Positions 22,697 to 33,642 of a stretch of DNA of 64,000 nt are shown piece by piece (the stretch's first letter is position 1; each line of letters opens with the position of its first letter). The notes beneath the pieces were generated by a model, which worked only from the letters and a program-made list of their open reading frames with translations, was not told where the DNA came from and ran no database searches. Location of the stretch: positions 1,550,001-1,614,000 of the forward strand of contig NW_027191417.1 in assembly GCF_041146345.1 (NCBI RefSeq), written 5' to 3'. Both the position numbers and the translations under genes were made by a program. Source of the DNA: Neodothiora populina. Taxonomy: Eukaryota.

Positions 22697-24418
22697 AGAA
22701 AAGATGAAGTGTAGATGAGAAGGCTCGGAAGATACTAAACTCATGTCGATTCGTCTCTTCACACAGTAAATCCGTCTTCTTGTCGTATTCTATGACATAT
22801 CACTTTACAGACGAGCAGAGAGAATGATCTATTTACTTTGTTTCTGAGTAGGAGTGACCCTGGTCTCTGGCGTCTAGTGGGACGATGCAACGGGGACCAT
22901 GATGGAGAACGAGTCAGCTGTATGAGGATACTACTGTCTGAGTGCGGTGGTTTCATGTCATTTCGACAGGCTGCAAGGGAACCTGAGGCGGCCTGGAGCA
23001 TGAGGAGCACCAGCACCAGCAGCGACGTCAAGATCAGCACAAACAAAACGAGTCGGTAACGCCGACATTATCGATACATCCCATGCGTTCGGGCACCTAT
23101 TGAGTCTACAGACAGACAATGGCCCATGTCCATGCTGAGAAAGAACACATCACAACGTACGCGAATGCCAATGGTATGACAAAGGCAGAAGCGAGATGAC
23201 GACCCCCAACAGAGATCGAGGATTCAAGCGCTCGAGGCTCTAAGCGAGATGGGATGAGACACGTGAAAAGATGCGTGTGGAACCGGCGACCAGGTGATCC
23301 GTTTATAGCAGCGGCGAGGGGCATAGCATGAAAGTGGGCAGGAAGACAGATGACAGGCAGTCAGAGCATGCGGCGGTGAGGTATGCGAGCATGGTGCAAG
23401 GCGGCAGCAGCATCGACTGCAGAAAGCGAACGAAGCACTGGAAATGAGATATCCGATTGTGCAGAAATGTGATCGACCTTACCGGGAAGACAGAGCCACT
23501 TGTCTATATGTGCGTGTGTGTGCAGCGCGTATGTGTGTAAGATACATGTGAGTGCGTGCCATGGCAATGGAAATCGAGAGTGAAGGAGTCGACGTTGAAA
23601 TAGAACTTGTCGTGCATTGATATGTACTAAAATCGGTATACGCGCACGCGTACAAGGCAAACCCCTGCATGTGCGTAAGCGAGTAAAAAGGTAAAGGCGA
23701 AAAGCTCGACACGACACGCGACAGCTAAATAGGTTCTCGGCAGGGTGGCAACTTGCATGAGCGGGAAATGCAATCGTGTCTATTTGCGAGTACTCACGGT
23801 CAAACAAACAAGACGCATTGGTCATTTGTTGCACAGTATGGTATGTGGGTAAGGTTGCGATATAGCAAGCACAGGGGCAGTGATTGGCTTCTGACTAGGT
23901 CCGATAGCTTTTGTGCTATTGCGGATTGACTTCTTATGCATGCACGGGTGTGCATAGATTCATGCATGGGCAGTAGTGCATTCTTGGAATAGGGTGCACT
24001 TCAGCGACGAGACGAAGCTCAGTGCAGTGACACGATACTGGGGAAGGATTCATCTTGTCAAACCTGGCAATTCATGTGTGAATGCTCCTGGGTCTTCTAC
24101 GAGCGGATCAAGAAGCTGAGAAACAAGATGGAGCGAAGGTCTTGCAATTCAAGGGAGTATACTACACCTCTCCGGTCGGTATGCATATTTGCGGGAGGTA
24201 GCCTGGTTGACTAGAAGGGCAAGTACGGGTCAATAATGCAGTGTCGCTGGTCAGCGCAACTGCCACGTAGGGAAGCTGTGCTACTCGAGATCACGGGTCC
24301 CAAGTCCAGCCTAATGCGACGGTGGAAACCGGCTGGGTTGCGCAATGTACAGAAGAAAGGTTGACTAGCAGTATTTTCGAGGTTTGGGTATGATATGATT
24401 TTGGTGTATGGAAATGAT

Positions 24419-25141
24419 TTAGATGATGCCCTTCTCGACCTGTGCAATTGCAGGTTAGCAGTGATATACACCAATTTGTCTCCATGTCAACGTACCCTCC
24501 ATCCGTTGCTGAACTCGAAACCAGCGGGTGCAATGGGTCTGTCGGTCTGGCCTCTGAGGTAACCGGTAAGGCGTCGGTCGCGATCCATCACTGTGACAGC
24601 AATTCGTTAGCACATTACTTTTCTGGTAATAGACAACAGGTAGACGGATCGTCAGTCCTTCTATATGTGGAAGAGGTGTCCAAGCAGCAGCGGCGACCAT
24701 TTCTTTTGCATATGAACCAACCATCAACGATGTCCGTGAATGACACATTGCCGATCAAAGTCTCCATCTCTCTGGGTTTCCTTTTTCTTGCCGTCCTCTC
24801 CTAAAATTACTACGTGTCTTCCAGATGTCCCAATGCCGCTGCCACCTCTGCTCGCTGTGTCTTAATTGAGGAAGTGAAGAAAATGTCGTACTTTGCCTGT
24901 CCCATTGATCGACGGAATGTCTGGAACGCTTTCCACCGTTCTGCATGTGTCTGATCTTGGACATACCAGCACCAGTGACTCCGAAGAACTGTGCTCGTCA
25001 TTAGTATCATGTTCCACCGTGACTATTGCGGTGCTTCGACCGCGACACAGCCGCAGTGCCGAGCGCAAGAGGGGGCAGGAACGGGTCACATACGGCCAGG
25101 CAGATGGCGTAAGGCATCAAAGCCTCGAAAGGAACACCCAT
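24419..25141 (-). CDS. NDUFA1: NADH:ubiquinone oxidoreductase accessory subunit MWFE / NDUFA1; 4 exons
   Basis: Spliced MGVPFEALMPYAICLAFFGVTGAGMSKIRHMQNGGKRSRHSVDQWDRQMMDRDRRLTGYLRGQTDRPIAPAGFEFSNGWRVEKGII*; introns 24989-25093, 24591-24891, 24440-24495. Confidence 0.93.
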
Positions 25142-26190
25142 TGTGACGGCGGTATAGAGCGAATGAGGAACAGATGTGGAATTGAGCTCAATGGAGCGAA
25201 TGGTTGTTACTCTGCGTGGACACTCGGTATCGCTGGTGTTGCTGGTCTGTAATTGGACCCCGACGTCAGTCAGTGCTTTGCTGACCACCACCGCTTTCCG
25301 CAGCCTCAAGCTGCTGTTCTGCTTTGCTCCGCTTATCCTCTACAGCCATTCGCCAAGACAGAATCCACGGCACTTCCCGTTCTCAATCAACTCAACTTGT
25401 GGAGCCTCGGAGCCTCTGACCGGGCAATGGAGCCAGTAGTGGAAGGCGGGATGGAGGCCTTTCTTGGCATCCTTTACCCCAGTGTTGTGGCGGGTTCCCC
25501 CTTGATTGTTGGCCGGAGGGACAGAGCGACGTACAGTACAGTGAGAGGCTCATAGGATCATAGCACGCTGGGAAGACAAGCCGGAGGTAGAGCAAACACA
25601 AGGAGCAAGCTCGTCTGCGAAGCTCATTAATTCTACCAAATCTTCCTTCATTTCGCCAGGACTTGTATCGATTTCGCCTTCATCATCTCCTCCACTTGAG
25701 TCGCACCACGACCAGTCAAAAGCCACAGTTGCTGTTCAGCTGCTGCTCCTGCTTCATCCAGTCCGCACCTTCCTCCCCGACGCCAGCGCTGCTGCTTCAT
25801 TTCCGCATCACGTCTATAGCGCGCCTACTACAACGAGCGCAATCCACGTGTCAACAGATCGACCACCGCTTCACGCGACATCTTCCACCTGCATCGATCT
25901 CGTCTCACGCGTCGCTTGCAATAGAGCTACAGGACAAGGCCCATCTTCTACCTATACCAGACGCGCCAAGGCTAGACCGCTACTGCTTACAAGGCCATAA
26001 CAACAAAACGAGAAATACACGTTGGATGGGTATGCGACGCATGCGACGCGCCTATTACCCTTGACCTTGGAGTCTACAATAATAAGTAACACAACTCCGC
26101 CAGACGCTAAAGCTGGCGGCCGCGGTGCTGCGACCTCCGGCGCATACGCCTTCGCGGCTTCGCGCCAGAGGAGCGATCTCGCCCTACAAC

Positions 26191-29100
26191 ATGCACCTCC
26201 GCAACGGCAGTATCGATGCCAAAGCCAATGAGGATGAAGACGTTGACATGGAAGATGCTCAGGATGAGGACGAGCTGGACGCAGAAGCAGACGCTGACGC
26301 CGATGCCGATGCCGATGCCGATGCCGATGCTGATGCTGAAGGGGAGATTGTTGACGCTGATTCAGAAGAGGATGCTGAAGGGGAGAATGTCGATGATCAA
26401 GACGAAGACGATGGAGAGCTTGTCGGTGCCGTGAAGCGGAGACCGAGCACAAGAAGTCATTCGAGAAGAGTCAAGGCCGAAGACGATGAATCTGTCTCTG
26501 CCGCTGATGTCAACTCAGACGCCGAAAGCGAATCCAGCGCCGAAAACGAGAACGAGTGGGACGCCGAGAGCGACGCAGACGAAGATGCTGATGTTGACAT
26601 AGTCGGACAGAGTCGCTGCGTGTAAGTCGCCGATTGACCATCACCAACTCACACCGCTCACGAAAACAAAACATTGGCTGACGTCTGTCTTGGCAGATTT
26701 TGTGGAGAAAGTGAAGACAACGATCCTAGCGAAGAGTATGAAGAATACTTATCTTGTGCAGTTTGCGGTGATCACGGTGAGTTGTTATATTCATCAATGT
26801 CCAGACACTTTATTACAGACTATTCGGAAATGTTTGGACAAAGTAAAGTTTGGCAAGGGTCCTGGCTGATTTATACGTTCCTGCAGCCCACAAGCAATGC
26901 GCCAGAAACGCTAGTGCGCTTAATTCCGAAGAAGGTACGATAAGATCAACAACCGTCCCTGGCCATGTCACTAGTACGGTACTGTACTCAGATAGATTTA
27001 ATGCTTACTCTTCCTTTCGGCTACAGATGTCTCGGCATGGCGTTGCAAAGGCTGCGTCGAACACAACCTTCAACCAGAAGTCAATCTGAAAGATGTCAGT
27101 GGCATCGCTGCACGTCGTCGCTCTTCGGTGCCGAAGCTCGCTCGTGACTTATTGCCTGCTGCCAGGGGTGGCATCAAACCTGACTCTCATTCTGTGTTTA
27201 ACAACTTGATCCTCGATGACGATCCGCTGGACGGTTCTCGGTCGCTTAGGAAGCGCAAGACTACCTCTCCAGAGGACAACGACACGCAGCGACCCTTGAG
27301 TCGTAAACGTCGGAGGGTATCTTCACGCTCCGATGATGACAATATTACCGTCACCCCAAGACCCGTGGCTATTCAATTGAACGGTACTGCCGTCTCCGAT
27401 GGTGATGGTGAAGGTGAAGGTGAAGGTGAAGCTGCTACTGCTGCCGCTGATGCTGACTCTCACGGACTTCGCTCGGTCCGAAAGCGAGCGTCGAAAAAGA
27501 CTGCTGAGCTCGCCCGGATAGTTTCTAGCGACACTGCTGGTGAGATTAAAAGTCTTGTCGTTGGCATCTCCGTCAGTGCGGCAGCACTTGAGAACATCGA
27601 GCGTGTGGCCGCCAAAAAGTGGCGGCGACGAGAAAGAGATAGAGCCCGACGTGCTCGGAACACCCGACCACAGCGAGAAATTGTCGAGGACGAAGAGCCA
27701 CCGTCTCATTACCCATCAATAGCTACCACAATGTATGCTAACCCCTTCTATGCCTTCCCCGACAGGGAAACCGACGAGCTTAAAGGGAAGCCCTATGGCG
27801 GCATCCTCACTGACGCCGAGGCCGACACGAGTAAGACTTACCCGCAGAACGCCGACCGTGAGGTTTTTGAAGTTGCGCGTCGCAAGGCTGAGGAAGACTG
27901 GCGAAGACGACAAGAAGCTGCGAACATGCTCGAGCCTACGCCCGCACGGCAGAAGGCTGCCGGACCTCCTAGTAAAATCAAATGCATCAACTTTGGTGGT
28001 TTCGAAATCGATACGTGGCATGCTGCACCCTACCCCGAAGAATACAGTCGCAACAAAGTGCTTTACATCTGCGAATTCTGTTTGAAGTATATGAACTCGG
28101 ATTACGTGGCTTGGCGACACAAGGTATGTCATCCTCGATCAATGTCTGCATGTTTCACCTTTGTTGACAATCACCAGCTCAAATGCCCTTTCAAGCACCC
28201 GCCTGGAGACGAGATCTATCGTGACACCATCACTGTTCCTGATACTGGTAAGAAGAAAACGCTGTCTTTCTTCGAGGTTGATGGCCGTCGCAATCCGCTA
28301 TACTGTCAAAATCTCTGCCTGCTTGCAAAACTATTCCTAGGCTCCAAGACGCTTTACTATGATGTTGAACCCTTCTTGTTCTACGTCATGACCGAGAACG
28401 ATGAATTTGGCTGTCACTTTGTTGGTTATTTCTCCAAAGAGAAGCGCGGACTGTCTCCAATCCCGCCTCCGCTTCCGCACACATCCTTTGATGACGACTC
28501 ACAGCTGCGCGAAAGTGCCTCGTTGCAGCAGAGCGAAGATGCAGTAGCTTTGAGTAACCCTGGCAACAATGTTTCCTGCATCCTCGTCCTACCGGTCCAC
28601 ATGCGTCGCGGTTTCGGAAGGACATTGATCGAATTCTCATATCTACTCACCAAGGTTGAAGGTAGGACAGGTAGCCCTGAAAAGCCACTCTCGGACATGG
28701 GACTTGTGTCATATCGCTCATATTGGAGAGGTGTACTTTGTCAGTTGCTGTTGAGATACAAAGATCACAGCGCATCTGCGGCACTGAGGCAGCCCAGCAT
28801 CACATCCATCGCCCGAGAGACTGGCATGACGCCGGATGATATAATTGCTACTCTCGAAGCCTTGCGATTTCTTGTTAGAGACCCAGTGACAAAGACTTAT
28901 GCTCTGCGCTTGGACTATGAGTATATGGCTGAGTACGTCGAGAAGTTCAACAAACGTCCGCATATCGACATCAAATCTGAACGACTCATCTGGACGCCTT
29001 ATGTTATGGGACGGCCAACGACGTATTTCGCTCTCGGTGAAGAAGCTAATGTCCAGCACCACATCTCCACAAAGGCACCGCGCGAGGAGAAAGAAGATCT

Positions 29101-30178
29101 TATCGCTGCCCGCCCGGAGGAAGGCGTTCAGATGGCTCTCGCTAACGGAGTGAATGATGGTCCATCTCGGGATCTAAACGAAGTCCGGGTTCAAGAGGGT
29201 GTTAATGTCGACGTTGATATCAAGGAGATCGACGAGGATGATCAAGCGTTGTCTCCAAGATCATCGCGCAAGCAGCCAAAGAACGTTGTCTCAATGCCAC
29301 AGCCGTCCTCTGCACTGAGTGGTCCCGGCACTAAGATTGGCAAATCGAAAGACAAGTTGCCAGCTCACCTCAACTCCGAGGAGAGCGGACCCCCCGAGCT
29401 TCCTGAAAGCGTCGAAGATGTTATGAAAGGCCTCCGCGAGACTGCTAGTTCAATCGAATCATCGATGGTCAGCGGGAGCACAGGTCCGCCGTCCTTGTCT
29501 GGCGATGAGAAAGACAAGATTCCTCCAACTCGATTCGAGATATTTCCTCCCGTTCCTGGAATGGCTGGAGCCAAACGTCGGCCTGGACGACCTTTTGGTT
29601 CTAGGACTCGGAGGAACACATTCGGGACACCTAGAAGATCCAACAATGATCGTTCACCAGGTACGACTAGAAGGAGAAGTGCAGCTCGAACTAGATCCAA
29701 GCTTGGCGAGGTCGTCACCATCAACGGTGATGACGAAGGAGAAGGCGGACATGGTCAGGAGCAAGTACAAGAAAACACTCCAATGGTCAGCAGACGCAGA
29801 ACGAGAGGGACAAGCGACATCACAGGCAGCGAAGCTGCAGCGAGTAAAAAAGATCATGATGACGCGGTTGATCATAACGAACCCAATCAGCCCGATAGAA
29901 ATGATGGCCACGATGAAGATGCCGAAGGCGAGGAGGTTGACGCAGAAGGAGAGGATATTGATGCTGAAGGAGAGGAGATCGATGCAGAAGGAGAAGAGGA
30001 CGACGCAGAGGGCGAAGATGACGCAGACGCTGACGCTGATGCAGACTCTGACATGGATGCCGATGCCATCTTACAAGCCCAACTCGAAGCAGCCGCTGCA
30101 CAGGCAGATGAGGACGAGGAAGACTACGAGGATGAGCCAGACGCGGACGCAGACGAAGACATGGACGAAGACGCGTGA
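26191..30178 (+). CDS. SAS3: MYST-family histone acetyltransferase with N-terminal PHD-like finger and acidic tails (Sas3/NuA3 type); 5 exons
   Basis: PHD-like C-x2-C...CAVCGDHAHKQC...WRCKGC assembled over introns 26622-26696, 26777-26886, 26935-27026; MYST motifs TWHAAPYPEEY, LYICEFCLKY, HPPGDEIYRD, YCQNLCLLAKLFLGSKTLYYDVEPFLFY, VGYFSKEK, NNVSCIL, GSPEKPLSDMG; in-frame intron 28124-28177. Confidence 0.92.
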
Positions 30179-31471
30179 GTGCGAAAGTCCATGCCGAATA
30201 CTATCGGAAGCAATAACTTTGCTTGGCCCGAACATGGACTGGAAGACACAGCGATATACAAAATTGGGACGCGTGCGCGTGGCCTAGTTTCGACCAACGG
30301 CGTTCTATTTGATGGGGTATGGGTGCATTCTTATTACTTGATACCAAATGGAAAGGGGGGCGAGATACGGTGCTTTTCTCGGGTTATATTGAGACGGCGG
30401 CCTTTTCGGATATATGTTGTTCTCCCCAAAGAGATGCTTTTGCTCCTTGCTTGATTCCTCGATGTTGTTTCGGCTCGTCTGGCTTACCTGTTGGACGGGT
30501 GCGCACGCCACTTCTGCTTCTTTCACACAATCAGGACGCGATACTGTCAGTGTGGACTTTGCGCGTTGGCCGCTTGGACTATGGTTGCTCCGTGTGTGAT
30601 TGACGAAGAAGAGGAAAATGACACAGATTGGTAGTTGTATCATTTCACACGATCAGGCTACAAGAAAGAGAAACAAGAAAGGAACCTCATGCTGCAGAAA
30701 ATCAATCGACACATAAAGTATGATTGATATACAGTGGAATTACAACTGAAATCTCCAAAAACATGTATCCGAGTGTGCGAAACAGACACTCTTTGTTTTA
30801 TGATGACCCACCTATATAGCTGCAAATACTCGCATGCGAAAAGCTCTGCGTTGGAAAGAGATGATGGTGAGACCTTGCCATTGCCACATGAGTTCCTGTT
30901 TGATTGTACTTATCTGCATGAGTCCATCCGCTCAGAGGGCGACCCTGGTCGTCACGGCGGTTTTTTGATGCGGCGTGGATGGCAAGATCCTCCCTTTCTC
31001 TCAGCACGGTTAATGTGTGATATATGCGTTTGCTCGTCAATTTGTTCCCCCCTATTCACTTCTGTATCAGGAAGGCAGGGATAAGCGGGGGAAGTGAATA
31101 TTTTACACTTTATATTCGAATGGATGTTGGTATTGACTACACTGACTGAAATGATTGAGGCTGGACTGGAACCACATGTCTATCCCAGATGCGAATTTTA
31201 GTTCTGGTATTATTACAGAATGGGAAGATAATGCATGAAACTATCTTGATAGAAGAGCTACAAGAACAGACATCCTACCTCTTAGAGTTAGGCCGGATAC
31301 GCGAAACTCATACTGTGATGATCGGGGGACCCTGTCCGCGTTTTTCATCATCGTACACCGATAGCCTTGATGTATATTCTAGGCTTGTACTTATTGGGAG
31401 ACAAAAGAGGAATGGAGCTGATATACGTGTGCTACTCGCTGGATACCACCGAGCTGGGGTTCTGCTCATCC

Positions 31472-32600
31472 TCAGTAGAGGTCACCTCTGACCCAACTGT
31501 CGAACACCAATTTTTCTGCCGTCGGTCTGTCTTCTGGAAGCCATTGTAGGGTCTTGCGGATGATGTCGAGAAAGTTGGCTTTGTCGCTTCCTGTCAGACG
31601 CTTTTCACCAGTTTCAAAAGTCTCGTCGGTTGGGATCGGCACGACGTTCCTCCAAGTTCCTGCTGATTTTCAGCACTCATGGAAAAGAGCCATACACTCA
31701 TGGTACGGAACACAATGCATAAGAACCCTACCATCTTCGTGCCAATAAGTCAGTGTATCTGGGCTGCGCTTGAGGAACTCAACTGATGGAGGGCCCAGCA
31801 GGCAAATCATCTCAGCCAATCGTCTAGCACGACCTTCGAGATCTAAAGAGTCTCTATGGCGAAACAAGTGGCTGCCATGGAACAGAGACCATATCTACAC
31901 TGCATTAGAAAGGATCGGGAATCACAGCAATGGTGTCAACAAAGCCATAGACTTACAGTCTGACCAATCGCCCAGATGTCGACTTTTTGGTCTCAGCCCA
32001 TACCTAACATAACCTCGGGAGCCCGATATATGTCAGGCATGATCAGACCTGTCTGTTTCACGGGCGCTAGTCGCGCCTCACCCAGATCGGCAGTTAATGG
32101 GCGCCCAGACGTCACGAGCATGTAGCGAGAGACATATATGGTGCGATCCGAGATGATCTTTCGTGCCGAAGGACTGGATAAACCCGCAGGTTCTAGTTCC
32201 GATAATATCGATCCTTCGCCGATACCGAGGAGGATGTTGTTCGCATTAAGATCGGTATATAAGTAACTTTGCCCCGATACGACACAGGTCGGGACTCACC
32301 AGTATGTACGACGTTGGCAGTATGTAAAAAGTCCATGCCTACCAAAACGTCTCTGACTGCAGCTTTGAGGAGCCCGTCGTCGAACTTATTGTCTTCATAC
32401 ATGTGCATGACTTCGTCTAGATCTTCTCCAGCAGGGCGGATAGAGTAGGAAGGGAAAGGAGCCGTGTTCGCCTTGTACTTCAAACCAGACCTCGATTGGA
32501 AGACATCTCCGGTTTCGATCGGGAAGTATCTCCCTGGCCGATAATCAGGCAAAGTCTCTTCCTCAATTCTCGTAGTTAGAGGGATGTGCTCTGGTTCGAC
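31472..32600 (-). pseudogene. Decayed SRPK-like (CMGC) protein kinase
   Basis: IEEETLPDYRPGRYFPIETGDVF, FLHTANVVHT-DLNANNIL, ADLGEAR, YRAPEVMLGMG*DQKVDIW, RLAEMICLLGPP, LQWLPEDRPTA; premature TGA at 31995-31993 where Trp is expected; intron 32253-32299 ends CCG instead of YAG; Gly-rich loop and AxK lysine absent. Confidence 0.85.
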
Positions 32601-33038
32601 CTGCTAATGCGTTTGTATTGATCGAGAAAGGACGGGTACCACTCGTCTTGCTGAAAATCTAGACCTAGGATAGATGACTGATGCAGAGTATAGAGATATA
32701 AAGAGTCTAAATTGAGAGAGCGATGGTAACATGATGTTCGCGATGAGCACAACTTCTTGTGCTTGGTATTACACAGTGCCTCTAATCGCCTGGAAGCATA
32801 GTAAGCAGAACCGAAGACTTCTTGATGTAACAGAACGGTAGTATCTATCAATATCATCATAAAACTGTGACTATATGTCTCTCGTGATTAAGCGATTCTG
32901 CTACAGCGGTGGACAGCAAACGCGTAGTCCTTGCCGACAATTCCTACTAGTAGAACACCCTTACATCAGCCTTCGAACCACCGAAGCCTGGCAAGAGATT
33001 ATATATAGTGCCAAAGCAAGCATAAGCAGCATCAAGCA

Positions 33039-33131
33039 GGCCGCGTGGCCCAATGGCAAGGCGCTTGACTACGATTCCACTTCCACGGATGCGAAATCAA
33101 GAGATTCCAGGTTCGACCCCTGGCGCGGTCA
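33039..33131 (+). tRNA. tRNA-Arg(ACG) with 21-nt intron (33075-33095)
   Basis: Acceptor stem GGCCGCG/CGCGGTC, A-box TGGCCCAATGG, anticodon stem CTTGA/TCAAG with CT-ACG-A, T-arm CCAGG-TTCGACC-CCTGG, downstream T-runs. Confidence 0.95.
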
Positions 33132-33642
33132 ATTCTTTTGCACTTTTTCGCTTCCGATATTTTTTGGCGTCATCTCTACTAATCGTATTTAGACTCGATA
33201 GCTGCTGTCGATAGAAGAACAATGCAGAACTAGAGATCGTACTTGGGTTGTTCACCTCTTAAGTTTGGCATCATGGATATTTTGCTACTCCATTGTGTCA
33301 TATTGGCCGAGTGCATGCGCAGTTCAGAGTTGTTGCTGCTCGAGTCTAAGAGATTTATGTGTACTGTCGGGAGTGCTAAGTCACATTACATACCTTACTG
33401 ATTGCAAAATCATTTTGGAATGTTACAAGACGTCTAATACAATAAGAGTAAACAGTATGGAAGAGTTGCTTGGGAGACTCAGTGAATGGACCATAAGACT
33501 GATTGTAGAAGGCGAAGAATAATGAACGTAATGAACTAACGAAAACAGAGGGGGGTATCTTTCACTTTATCGCATGAAACCAGTCCGTCATACTGAACTG
33601 ACGCAAAGGACGGACATTGTCAATAGTGACACACAAACTCCA

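Noticed and set aside
29505..30287. 260-aa +1-frame ORF overlapping the SAS3 C-terminus
   Set aside because: By-product of GAN-rich acidic low-complexity coding sequence lacking stops in that frame
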